Source: Elsinoe ampelina
Lineage: Eukaryota
Direction of reading: 5' to 3'
Assembly (NCBI GenBank): GCA_010093995.1
Contig: ML992501.1
Coordinates: 892,945 to 956,944, forward strand
DNA length: 64,000 bases
Translations under genes and position numbers: made by a program
Part shown: positions 11,650-22,663 of the stretch, piece after piece
Position numbering within the stretch: the stretch's first letter is position 1
Layout of the letters: every line of letters begins with the position of its first letter
Notes under the pieces: generated by a model
Database searches by the model: none
What the model was told of the DNA's origin: nothing
Seen by the model: only the letters and a program-made list of their open reading frames with translations

Positions 11650-14600
11650 ATGGCGGCGACCAAAGCTCAATCGCAAAATGCGATTGGTTCCTCACAATGG
11701 ATAGAAGAGCAAAGAAGCCAGGTCCAACAGCTCGTCGAGACGGACATCGAAGAGTTTGGCTACTCTGCCAGGAACGAGCTTGAATGGTTGAACGAGCACA
11801 TGGCCGAAATCTTCAGCAAGCAACAAATGTACCGCGAAGCACAGAGTGCATTGTCTCATATTGGAGCTAACATCAAACCAGGAACCTCACAGATGTATTC
11901 AAGACACCGGGCAAGCTACGAGGCAAGACACCACGCACAGCGAAGAAGAAGGATCCACAAAGAGCAGTGAGTTGAGTGTGCAAACCCGAATCACAGGAGC
12001 TGACCTTCCGTTTCAGCCCCTCACAGATCTTTTCGCGCCCAACCCACAGTCGATCCTCAGCCCAGCTCAACGTACTCCCTTCTACCAAAAGGTTGCCAAA
12101 ATTGCAGTCGCTCGCGAGAATGATGAGGATGACCAGGGCCAAAGAGATGCTTCACCGCAGCGTAGTCCGGCGCGGACTGGAAAGAAGAACACAGATTCCG
12201 GATACCATGGATTGACTGAAGACGAGATGGACTTGGACGCGTCTCGTGCAGTGCATAAGGCAACTGCTCAACAACATCCCAGTCTGCCGCGCGTTCCAGC
12301 TTCGAACAATCTTCTTACTGTCGAGGGCCGCACCACTGAAGAATCGTTCGTCTCTGCGAAGGAAGGTCCCGAAGATTCCGCTCAGGCTGAGGTACAGGTG
12401 GAAAACGCGGAGGACGATGACGAGGTGGCAGTCCCGGACGAAACAATACATGCAGCTCGAGAAGCCATGAACGCGCACGTTGATGGTCGGAGAGACAACG
12501 ATAATGAAATCAGCATTCATGAAGACGAGCCGGAGCCGGCGCAGGACGCCGCAAAGCAGGATTTCGCGTCAGACACATCTAGCCCAGAGCAACCACTTGT
12601 AAGGAAGAGCAGTCTTAATTTTGCTTCTTTGCCGCCACGCGAGACGTTGACTGGCAAGCGAAGCATGGGGTTCCGCAACAGCCAGCTCACTACTGAGCGC
12701 ATTAGCCAAGTAGTGCAACAGGATGGCGAGATCGAGCTGGAGGATGCAGAGAACAATGATGAGGAGATCACTGCTCACAACAAGACCTCCACACAGCGTC
12801 TGCACGAACGCATCAACATGCTTGGTCAGACGCGGGAGCCGAGGACCTCAAAATCAATCCCAGCGACATATCCGACGCTCCCTCCTGTACCGCCGAAGGA
12901 CGACGGCCGCGACTCGATGGATGACGATGACGACTGGATTGCGCCAATAGGGGACCGTACAAGCTCGAATTCGAACACGGTCTTGGATTCGCAGGCACCC
13001 GTTGCAGCGGAAAAGGCAGAGGAGAAGAGAATTTATGGGCACCAGAAGTCCATCTCCACGACCAACATCATGTCCCCGACCAAAGAAGCAATGGCGCCAG
13101 AGCCTTCAAGACAAAAGGCGTCATCTGTATCTGTGCCTAACATGGGTGCTCTGGGGCAAGCAACAACGCCAACATCGTCCCCGAAGAGATTCGCTGAGGG
13201 ACCGCTCAGTGCGTCGAAAGCCAGGTTTTATTCGGTGCTGAAATCGGCCAAAGGAATTTTTGCAAGCAGCGCGGGAGCGAGTGCGCAAGCCAAAGTGGAA
13301 GCGTCAGCACTTTCAGCAATGCCTTCCAAGGAAAGCTTGCTTGACCAGCCGAACACGTCTAGGATGCCTGGAGGATTCGAAGACGACGCAGCCTCGTTGA
13401 AGACAGTCAATACCGCTACCACCGCATCTTCAAGACCTCTTTCAACCCTATTCTCTCCCAGCAAGGAAGGACGGAAGACGCGCAGCTCGACCGAGAACGA
13501 GAAGAAGAAAGGGAAGCAAGCAAGACACGAGCAGAAGGCGGCGGATGAGCTTGAGAAGGTCCGTGAGAAGGAGCGGAAGAAGGCTGCCCAGCAGAAACAG
13601 GAACGGGAGAAAGCAGAACAGGAAAGACTTGCTCAACTCGAAAGAGAGCGAGAGGAGGCCACTGCAAGAGAAGAAGAGCAGAGGGCTGCTGCTGAGCGAG
13701 AACAGGCGGAGCAGCAGGCGCAAGCTATTCCTAACAAGTCTATGGGGCCGCCGGGAAAGCTCCGAGCGCCAGGCAGACTCGTCAAGCCAGCTCGACAGAC
13801 ACCAGCACAGGCAGCAAAGCCAGTACCTGTTAACATTCGAGTCGCTTCTCAAGTCTCACGGGTGAGTTCGAGACTACCAATGGATATGATCATCAGCTAA
13901 CTTTAGGCAGCTTGGCTCGGCGCGACCGTCGAACTCGCTTTTGGAGCCTACACCGCCCCCTACATCTCGACCAGCAAGTGCTGCGGGTCGTCCAGGTGTC
14001 ACAAGGGCTGGATCGGCAGCTCCATCGAACGCGCGGGTCAAAGCTCTTGAAGCGGCGGCCCGCAAAAAGGAATTGGTACGATTCATGATCTGTGATTTCA
14101 TGGCACCGCACTAACGATACACAGGAAGAGAAAGCTGCTGCCAAAAAGGCAGAGCAGAAGAAGGAGCTGGAGCGCAAGCGAGCGGCTAAGCTTGAAGAAG
14201 ACAGACGCATCGAACAAGAGAAGAGAGCCGAAGAGCAACGCAAAGCACAAGATGCCAGAGCTGCTGCTCAACGACAAGCCGAGCAGCGCAGGCAAGAACA
14301 ACAGCGTCGTGAAGTAGCCGCGGCTGCAGCAAAGGCGAAAGCAGAAGCAGACATGGCCGAAGCTCTCGAGCGAGAACGAGTCCGGGCAGCGCAGGCTCAT
14401 CGTGCGGATCTGCCTGGTACCATGCGCCAGTTGACGAAACAGGCGCTCGATGTTCAGCCCAAGGCTGCGAAACGACCTCTCGGTAAGGACACAGAGGAGA
14501 CTTCGCGATCCTCGACTCTCAACCGTGTTGGCCCATCATACCAACAACATGACGCAAAACGCCGTCGCACAGAAGACGAAGAGGATATTGGTATGGGCGA

Positions 14601-15354
14601 GCGCCACTCTGTGATGGCACCACCAAAGCGACCATCGAACATGCGAAAAGAGACCCTCGGCAAATTCCCACACGGCTATGCCCATGCGCCACCGCCGGCT
14701 GCACATCACGCCCAAAACATCTACAAAGCCTCCATGTCTTCACAACCAGTGCACCAGCCGCTCAAGCCAGGCATGCACCCGAACGAGACCATCAAGCTCT
14801 CCAACGCGCGCATTCCTTTCGCCGAAAACCACAACCCGCCCGAAACCGCCCCACCCAACTACGCCAGCGCAAAGACCCCCACCGCCCCTCAAGGCACCTT
14901 CAAAACCCCTGCCCGCCCCGCGCTCCTCCCTTCCAACAAAACCAAATCCTCCCCCGCCTACCCCAACGGCGACGCCATCGCCCTCCCAGAAATCAACACT
15001 GACAGCGAAGACGAATCCGACAGCGACACCTCGCCCGCGACCAAGAACGCGTCCGCCTCCTTTCGTGCTCCGTCATGGGTCGCCTCTCCCGCCCTCCGCG
15101 ACCTGCTCACGCAGCAACAACTCGTGGACCCGGAGAGCGTTTTTGGTCCAATCGCGACGCTGAACATGGACGAGGTGTTCAAGGGCGGGAGCAGTAAGAA
15201 CCAGGAGAGGATGAGGAGGTATAGGGAGAGAGGGGAGAGTGCGATGTGGGTGGAGAGTGGGGATCAGGTGACCAGCGCCGAGAAGAGGAGGGATAGGGAG
15301 GCGAGGGAGAGGGTGGTGAGGGAGGGAGGGTGGAGGTTTGGGGGGGATATGTGA
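11650..15354 (+). CDS. INCENP: Inner centromere protein INCENP (Sli15/Pic1 homolog), about 4 introns
   Basis: N-terminal EEFGYSARNELEWLNEHMAEIF helix, then KTPGKLRGKTP and charged SAH/coiled-coil segments. C-terminal IN-box: ALPEINTDSEDE..PSWVASPALRDLLTQQQLVDPESVFGPIATLNMDEVFK..RGESAMW. ORFs 11650, 11846 and 14092 join via GT-AG introns. Confidence 0.88.
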
Positions 15355-15790
15355 GGTTGTGTCATGCGACTGATGATCGAAGGGGAGTGGATTGGACGGA
15401 TGCATAGGGTGGATCAATGCGGGCGTTGGATACGGCATTAGCGTGGTCTGTGGGTTGGGATTGTATAGAATGATGACGTCTTTTCTTCTGATCTTCCCCA
15501 TGTGTCTTGATTGCGCATGTGACATCACGTCCATTTGAAGAAGAGACTGACGATGAGACGGAGGGAAGAGGGATATATCTTGTGACATCTACATATTATA
15601 CACGTGGTATCATCCCACAGGAACCTGCGCCGTACATGCAATCCCCCCTTTTCTTATTCTATACCCTCTGCACAGGGCAGTCTGGCTCCGAATGAGTTGA
15701 ATGCCCCTGCACGAGAGTACTCACCAGACGCCAGGCCATGAAACAAGCCCAAAGAGTCGACAGGTCTCCTTCACACCCTCTCTCGATGGA

Positions 15791-17827
15791 TTAGTCGAAA
15801 GCAGACATGGGATTCCTCGCTCCCCTTCCACCTCTATCCCCAAACCTCCCTCCCCCGCTTCCTCCACGGTCGCCGAACCCTCCCCTACCTCCTCTGTCAC
15901 CGAACCCCCTTCCACCATCCCTGCCTCCACCACTGAACCTACCTCCCCCGAATCCCCCACGTTCACCACGGTCACCTCCAAACCCTCTCCTGTCCCCGCC
16001 ACTATCACCACCTCCCTGCCCGAACCGCCCTTGTCTCGGCCGCTCACTCTCGTAGTCATCCTCGCCAAACCTCAACCCGGGCTGGCCACCAAAGCCCAAC
16101 TTGGCCGCCAAACTAGCCTTGATAGTCGGCGGCTCGAGGAGACCCCATTGCTTACTCGACAGGGCGTTCACGCTGGCAATCTTCTGGCGCTTACTTGCGC
16201 GTCCACCCTGCGCGAACAAGATGGTTTGGTAGACCGCCGCCTTGTCAGCCATGGAGACGCGTTTCGCTGCGTTGCGGATCAAGCCAGCTACGCTCAATGG
16301 GTCTTCGCTTGCCTCGCCGATGTCGTTCTGGGCGTTGGCCACAGCGGTGTCCTCTTGGATGGGGATCTTGCGGAGCATGCGGTCTACGTCATCGACTTGG
16401 TCTTCTGTGACGATGATCCAGCCTTCGCCTTCCTTGCCGGCGCGGGCGGTGCGGCCGATGCGGTGGATGTAGGATTCGCGGTCTTGTGGGGAGCCAACTT
16501 GCACGACGTGGGTGACGTTGGGGAAGTCCATGCCGCGAGCGGTGACGTCGGAGGAGAAGAGGATGGCGGATTCGGCGCGGCGGAAGGATTCGGCGGCGCT
16601 GGTGCGTTGGGCTTGGGTGAGGCGGGAGTGGATCCAGTACATTTTGCAGGGGTCGAGGGGATGGGGGCCACCACCCACCATCATGCCAAAGGCGTCGCGC
16701 TTTTCGGAAGTGGAGGTGGAGAGGTTGCGGAAGATGTTGGCAGCGAGGGTGACTTCGGCGGTGGAGCGGAAGTAGACGATTGCTTTGAAGGGGCGGGCAT
16801 CGGGGTTGGATTTGGCTTCGTTGATAGACTTCTGGGCGAGTTCGAGGAGGACTGGGAGTTGATTCTCGACACCCTTTGCGATGACGAGGCGTTGCTTCAC
16901 ACGCTCGGTGGTAGGCGTGTCGTTCTCGCCGATGATACGAACGAATTGGAAGCCTTGCTTGAGCGTTTGTCGAACGATACCGACGACTTCCTTTGGTATG
17001 GTGGCACTGAACATGAGAGTCTGCCTGTCGACCTGGTCTCGTGGAGGTAGGAGCTGGATCAGTCGTTGAATGTCTGGCCAGAAGCCTTGATCAAGGAGGC
17101 GATCCGCTTCGTCAAGTACCAGTGCCTTCAGTCGTGGGGCAGCCACTCCTGAGTACTCATCGCCGAAGATGTCCTCGAGTCTTCCTGGTGTACCGACAAG
17201 AAGATGACATCCCTGCCTTTGCATCTGTCTGAGCATCTGATTCTTCATGGTGCCACCGACGGCAGTCTGCACGATTATGCCAGTCCCTTGCACTATCTTC
17301 CTTGCTTCTTCTGCAATCTGCTCTGCAAGTTCTCGGGTCGGTGAAATGACGATACCTCGGATATCGTCTGCACTTGTTCTCGGAGGGCGGTACGTTGACC
17401 TCGCGAGGTTGGGATCATTCTGGACCATCCTTTCCAGCATTGGGATAAGGAATGCAAGAGTCTTGCCGGTACCTGTCTTTGCTTGTGCTATGACATCGAC
17501 ACCTTGCAGTGCGGATCGTACAGTCGCGCTTTGAACCTCGGTCATGGTTTCCAGTCCCATTTTCCGTGTGATCGAATCGACAATGGCTTCGTTCACGAGA
17601 CCTTGTTGCGCCAGCTCGGCGAACTTTGTGATCTTCGCCTCCTGAGCTTCATGTCGGCGGGGGCTCGAGGAGAAATATCGATGTAATGAGGCCCCCGGAG
17701 CGCTTACTATCTGCGATACTGCTAGTGAGCTCCTAATGGGCGATGAAAGGGCAGGATTCCTGCCGGCTCTTGCAAAGCTAGCTGCTCGAGGAAGAGCAGC
17801 TGTGCACCTCCATGGCGACAGGCGCAT
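15791..17827 (-). CDS. MSS116: Mss116/CYT-19-like mitochondrial DEAD-box RNA helicase
   Basis: Q motif MTEVQ, AKTGTGKT, PTRELA, TPGRL, LDEAD, SAT, ARGMD and HRIGRTAR. It has a basic amphipathic presequence and an RGG-rich C-tail. Confidence 0.88.
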   Translation of the reverse strand: MRLSPWRCTAALPRAASFARAGRNPALSSPIRSSLAVSQIVSAPGASLHRYFSSSPRRHEAQEAKITKFAELAQQGLVNEAIVDSITRKMGLETMTEVQSATVRSALQGVDVIAQAKTGTGKTLAFLIPMLERMVQNDPNLARSTYRPPRTSADDIRGIVISPTRELAEQIAEEARKIVQGTGIIVQTAVGGTMKNQMLRQMQRQGCHLLVGTPGRLEDIFGDEYSGVAAPRLKALVLDEADRLLDQGFWPDIQRLIQLLPPRDQVDRQTLMFSATIPKEVVGIVRQTLKQGFQFVRIIGENDTPTTERVKQRLVIAKGVENQLPVLLELAQKSINEAKSNPDARPFKAIVYFRSTAEVTLAANIFRNLSTSTSEKRDAFGMMVGGGPHPLDPCKMYWIHSRLTQAQRTSAAESFRRAESAILFSSDVTARGMDFPNVTHVVQVGSPQDRESYIHRIGRTARAGKEGEGWIIVTEDQVDDVDRMLRKIPIQEDTAVANAQNDIGEASEDPLSVAGLIRNAAKRVSMADKAAVYQTILFAQGGRASKRQKIASVNALSSKQWGLLEPPTIKASLAAKLGFGGQPGLRFGEDDYESERPRQGRFGQGGGDSGGDRRGFGGDRGERGGFGGGRFSGGGRDGGRGFGDRGGRGGFGDRGGSGGGRFGDRGGRGARNPMSAFD

Positions 17828-18367
17828 GACCGGAAGGAGAAGACGCGAATATTTGATCTGGATCGGGGCTCGATGTCAAGTATTGAGTTGCTCTAAAGAA
17901 CGGAGAAGGATATTGCAGGTTGGTGGAAATGGAGGAAGTATGGCGGATGTGTATGAGCTCGCAATGTCATTCTTCTGCTGCTGGGATTTTTTTTTGAGAG
18001 CAGATCGTCCCGATTGAGCCTAGTGCCACAATCTCCGCAAGTCCACCTCCAACGCGGCTTTGGTGTTTGGTTCCATCTCATTGTATAATAAACCTGTATC
18101 GTCCTATATGTGAAATACCTGCGACGACATCTGATGCTGCAACTCGTCGACATCGTTGCCGTATCGCCTAGACGGCGCGTCGAGCACTATCGATCTGCAT
18201 GCATGTGCTGTCTGGGTGGCTGAAACCTTCCGAAGCTCGGCGAGCTCAAGCTACCAACCATGCTGACATATCGTTGATCAACGGTGTGCGAGATCGAGGG
18301 AACTTATGCCTGTATAGTCCTCTCTCGTCCCCCTTGCCGGCTCGACACGTTCATTTTCGTACCCGCC

Positions 18368-18834
18368 ATGTCAGCCCCTCTTCGATTAGACCACACTTCC
18401 ATCTTCGTGCCAGAATCGAAGCTTGACGATGTGGTCAAGTTCCTTCTCGCATCTCTGGGCCACATGGGATTCAAGGAATTTATGCGTCCCTATCCACGCC
18501 TTGTCGGTCTTGGTCACCAGACGGCGTTCTTCTGGATTGGTGCTCTGCCACCCGAGGACGTCGACGAAAAGACGGTAGAGGCCATCGCCAAAGCCAATCA
18601 TATAGCCTTCTCGGCAACAGGTGAGTGCCGTCTCGTAGTCACTGATGCCATGCTAAGGTAGCAGACGATGCACAAGTCGATGAATGGTACAAAGCTGCAA
18701 TGGAAGCCGGGGGTATCGACAATGGCAAGCCTGGCATCCGAGAAGTCTACCACAAGAATTACTATGCAGCTTTCGTCAGAGATCCATTTTTAGGAATTGG
18801 ATGGGAGGTCGTCAATCATGCTTCCGGGTTGTGA
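18368..18834 (+). CDS. Glyoxalase/bleomycin-resistance/dioxygenase (VOC) family protein, 1 intron 18621-18664
   Basis: Spliced product: MSAPLRLDHTSIFV..FWIG..HIAFSAT/DDAQVDEWYKAAMEAGGIDNGKPGIREVYHKNYYAAFVRDPFLGIGWEVVNHASGL*. The HIAF, GG.DNG.PG.R and YYAAFV.DP motifs are typical of this family. Confidence 0.88.
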
Positions 18835-19068
18835 TGATGTTCGAATGGAAAGCACGGCCGGTAGTCTCCATGTCGAAGCATTACTCGTACTGTCTCTTCT
18901 TCTCACGTCCCTGACCTCGAATCAATCACACATTCTTCGTACAAGCACTATCATGAAGTATTCCTAAATGCCGCGAGGGGATCTGCACATCCAATCACAC
19001 CATTCGTAGACGATCATCCGCTTACGCTGCCACTATCATACGACGATTCCGTACAACAGACTCGAGAG

Positions 19069-20028
19069 ATGGAACGCCATCATGCAAACGACTCCACAAC
19101 GCAGTCAAGATCAAGCCCTCAATCAGCTTCGTTCGAAACGACGACGCACGACAGACAGTCAATGGCACTATCCCTACTCGCCAGCAACCCTCGTTCAAGC
19201 CTCCGCCAACGCCAGCCTGGGGGTACACACCCCACAGGCTTTGCTGCAGGATCTGCTTCTCCAGCGCCTCCGATTCAGTCCAACACCAACGCTCGCGCCA
19301 GCCGTATACCGGCTCCTCAATATCACTCCATGTCTACGTTTGCATCAAGTAGATCCTACACTGGGCGGCACGGTTTCACAGATTTCCTCTCCCGACACAC
19401 CGTCCAGACACCGATCAACAGGTTACTGTGCGAGATCCAGAAGCTACTTGGAGAGCTGCGAGATGAGGTAGATTCTTACGCTTTCGACGATCCTGCTGTC
19501 GGACTGGCTCTGCACGTCGTCCGCTGCCACGTTTCGTTGTCTGAACGTGTGGAAGACCTGGGCAGGGAAATACAAAGCATGAGCGCCGATGCGGTCCCTC
19601 CGCCGTACAGTCGAGAGGATCCCATCACTGTATTTCGGAACAACGATGTTGGGACCCCTCTTTCGCCCTCCGGTGCGACCAGGAACCACGACGCTGGACA
19701 GATCTCTACGCCAGTCACGGCAGTACGGCGCAACGACACGAGATCTCCTGAAGCTAGACTTCCCACAGCTTCACAGCTGCGTGATCCCCGTATACTGGCT
19801 CTGGATATCGAAGAATGGAATCGTCGACTGCGGATTGCGCACGATGAATTCGTCGAGGAGCTCTTGTCACAAGAGGAGGTTTATGTTGATGCTGCAGAAG
19901 AGCGGGACCTCGGTGTGGTCTCCGGTAGACGTGTCGATGGTCGAGGGATGTCAAGCGGCAATGACCCTTTTGCTGACATTATGGACGAGCATCGTGATCT
20001 GTTTGGTCATGCCAGCAGGATGCAGTGA
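19069..20028 (+). CDS. Hypothetical protein (disordered N-terminus, short helical segments, PPPY motif)
   Basis: 319-aa ATG ORF in an otherwise empty interval, with amphipathic segments (INRLLCEIQKLLGELRDEV; IEEWNRRLRIAHDEFVEELL). No family recognised. Confidence 0.55.
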   Translation: MERHHANDSTTQSRSSPQSASFETTTHDRQSMALSLLASNPRSSLRQRQPGGTHPTGFAAGSASPAPPIQSNTNARASRIPAPQYHSMSTFASSRSYTGRHGFTDFLSRHTVQTPINRLLCEIQKLLGELRDEVDSYAFDDPAVGLALHVVRCHVSLSERVEDLGREIQSMSADAVPPPYSREDPITVFRNNDVGTPLSPSGATRNHDAGQISTPVTAVRRNDTRSPEARLPTASQLRDPRILALDIEEWNRRLRIAHDEFVEELLSQEEVYVDAAEERDLGVVSGRRVDGRGMSSGNDPFADIMDEHRDLFGHASRMQ

Positions 20029-20386
20029 TGCGGCGAGATATTGTTTGCGATAACATACACTTTCACTCACTGTTCGTTGCTTGAGCTTCGATGCACATGA
20101 AACTTCGCCCCATCACTTTTTTATGTTTTTCAGTCCTGGACACTTTGACTGTCGTGATTTGGGATTCCTCGCTTGATTGACTCTAATCATACATATGGAA
20201 TTGATTGGCCCGCTTGGCTCATCGATACTGTTACGGCAATGTCGGACCGTACGGCTCTGAATTACGACCTTGTCGATCAAGCAATACTGTCGCAGCAAGG
20301 CTCATCCTTCCTTGTCACAATACTGCTTCCCATGAACCATTTGCTCCATTTCCATCGCACTAGATCATGCCGAACCCGTCATCGCA

Positions 20387-21562
20387 TCAGTATGGACGAC
20401 CTAGAAAGACTTTGTGCACGCCGACGGCGAGCTCCGGCCGCTTCTTCAGTAAAGCCTCTGTGTCCGGGCGGTGATCCTTGATGAAGGCAAAATTAATTCC
20501 ATATTTGTATTCCGCGGACATGAAGGAAAGGTAGCCGGGGTGCTTAGGATCCAGCTTCGTCTTGATCTCTTGATACGGGGACTCTTCTCCTCTTGCCGCC
20601 AGCCATGCGTGGAGGTCGTCCCATTCCTGCTTTTGTTCCTCCACGGAACTGTGGCAGCCCTGGATCTTGAAAGTGGTCTCCAGACCGGCTGTCGGAAGCA
20701 TGTTTGGGTACGTTTGATGATGGGATCGCATGGGTATTTCGCCGTGGTAGTAAATGAAGGGGCATTCTTCGAGGCGACCGACCTCTGGATCTAGCACTTC
20801 GAGGTAGAAGTAAGAGAGGCTACCGACCCTGACACCAGTGTAACCGAGCAAATCGAGGCAGTATGGCGGATACGAAAAGGCAAATGGGTAGCAGGCGTCA
20901 ATTCCAGTGAGATACCCTTCTCTCCAGGCCTTGATATTCTCTCGCATGTCTTTCGGGACATCCTCGGGTATCACCAGCGACGAGGCAGCGCTGTCTAGCA
21001 CCAGGGACCACATCGACTGTTCGTTGATCATGAGGCAATGATCACGGCAGATTCCAGTCTGGAGGCCGTTATTCGATTTGCCGAAAGCCATTTTCCTGAA
21101 CAGATCGCGGACATCTCCAATAGACGCGTTGTTGAGATTCTCCGGATCTTCGATGACTTCGAGATGGAAGCTTTCGATGGCCTCGTGCTCGATCCCGGGG
21201 TCAAGTCTGTTTGGATGTATTCCCGCCCGCCTCAGAGCTTCGGTAGGAGAAGTTGTGCCCATTGTCTCTTGAAGCTTGTGGAGATCTTTTAGCCTCTCCT
21301 CCTGGAAGCTTGCACGGACACGATCCCGTATCGTCTGCAGAGCTTGCGCCCACAATCCCTGATACGACTCCGGCGCGTATACAGTACGGTACAAGACAAA
21401 CCCCCAGCGCTGAAATGGCTGCTCGGATCGCTTTCTGGCCATGTGCATGAAGATTCTGCCGAAGCGTTCATCGTTATCCCAGTCGTCGCTATCATACTCG
21501 TGCTCACTTGGAGCAGAGCGTTCGTCCTCGCTGAAAGCTGACTCTGCAATGGTGGCATTCAT
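20387..21562 (-). CDS. Uncharacterised fungal protein with WGFVLYRTVY motif
   Basis: ORF of about 390 aa from the ATG at 21562. The WGFVLYRT..Y, VIEDPENLNNASIGDVRDLF and CLMINEQS motifs resemble a widespread ascomycete family of unknown function. A probable 5' UTR intron lies at about 21575-21625. Confidence 0.7.
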   Translation of the reverse strand: MNATIAESAFSEDERSAPSEHEYDSDDWDNDERFGRIFMHMARKRSEQPFQRWGFVLYRTVYAPESYQGLWAQALQTIRDRVRASFQEERLKDLHKLQETMGTTSPTEALRRAGIHPNRLDPGIEHEAIESFHLEVIEDPENLNNASIGDVRDLFRKMAFGKSNNGLQTGICRDHCLMINEQSMWSLVLDSAASSLVIPEDVPKDMRENIKAWREGYLTGIDACYPFAFSYPPYCLDLLGYTGVRVGSLSYFYLEVLDPEVGRLEECPFIYYHGEIPMRSHHQTYPNMLPTAGLETTFKIQGCHSSVEEQKQEWDDLHAWLAARGEESPYQEIKTKLDPKHPGYLSFMSAEYKYGINFAFIKDHRPDTEALLKKRPELAVGVHKVFLGRPY

Positions 21563-22663
21563 GATTCGACAAACTGTGCTCACTCAGTACGTTGCTTTAA
21601 CCAATTTAGCATATTCGCAACGTACCTGTCCGCAGACTTCTCAGTTGAAAAGTGAGAGATATCGCTTCTGAGAACAACGGAAAGCCAAAGATTTATGACA
21701 GCAGCTCAAGGTGAATTCTCGTGCGTGTCGGGTCTGGCTCTTTGTGGTGGTGAGTGTTGCCCTCAGTGACCATGTTTGATGCCAAGAACAGAAAAGTCGC
21801 CTACCACTTTGGGACTGCTGCCTGCGACCCGCACAAAGCGCGCCGTGAACAACGTCAAAGTCACTGCTGGAACGGGGAATCACATCTGAAGCACACATCA
21901 CAGCGATTGACGACGACGAAAGACCTCACACGCGAGGGATTAAATGGAGGATCGTTTGGTAGGAGCGGAACAAATGCAGCACTCGGATGCCACAGCCGGA
22001 TCGACATATCAGGATCTGATATACAACAGCGGACGCCGGATGTCGGTGCGAGCCATCCACCGAGCGCCGTTCGAGTGTAAGCGAGCACACCTAACAAGAG
22101 GAAGCGATGCTGACAAGGGAAGAGAGGAAGAGCGAAAGGTGGCTGATGGAGCTGAAGAGCTTGCGGATATTCGGAAATTTGACACACAGCCAATCACGTG
22201 CTTCGATTTGCAACAAGTAACAACACCTGCGGACACGCCGAGCTTAGTTGTGTTGGTTCCTACTGGTTCTCTGCCGGTCTGATCGGGCTCTCCATCTCTC
22301 CGCACCTTCGATTCCTTGTGAGCGAGCAAGCCGAACGACATGTCAACGGGCGGGAGTCAGGCGCCGAAGGATCTTTGACAGCGGCATTCGCTCACAGGGC
22401 GCTTCACCTCGGTGTTTTACAGAACAAGGCGCGCAGCGCTTACTGAACATCTCTGGTGCGGTCATGGTGCTTTATAGGCGTCAGCTTTGAAGCTTTCTCC
22501 ACCTCTCCAGGTCCGCTCGTCATCTGTGCCGCAGGCTAGGCATTCAGGTTTCATTTCCCTTCAGCTGTCAGCCTCTGGTCTTTAAGAGAGCTGAGGAACA
22601 AGCTTAAGGACTTGTGTTCTCCTCTCCCTTGCAGACGCGGTTTCCTTTGCTGTCCCCACAACC

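Noticed and set aside
15701..17050. 449-aa plus-strand ORF antisense to the DEAD-box helicase
   Set aside because: It is the antisense mirror of a codon-biased conserved gene and has no motifs of its own.
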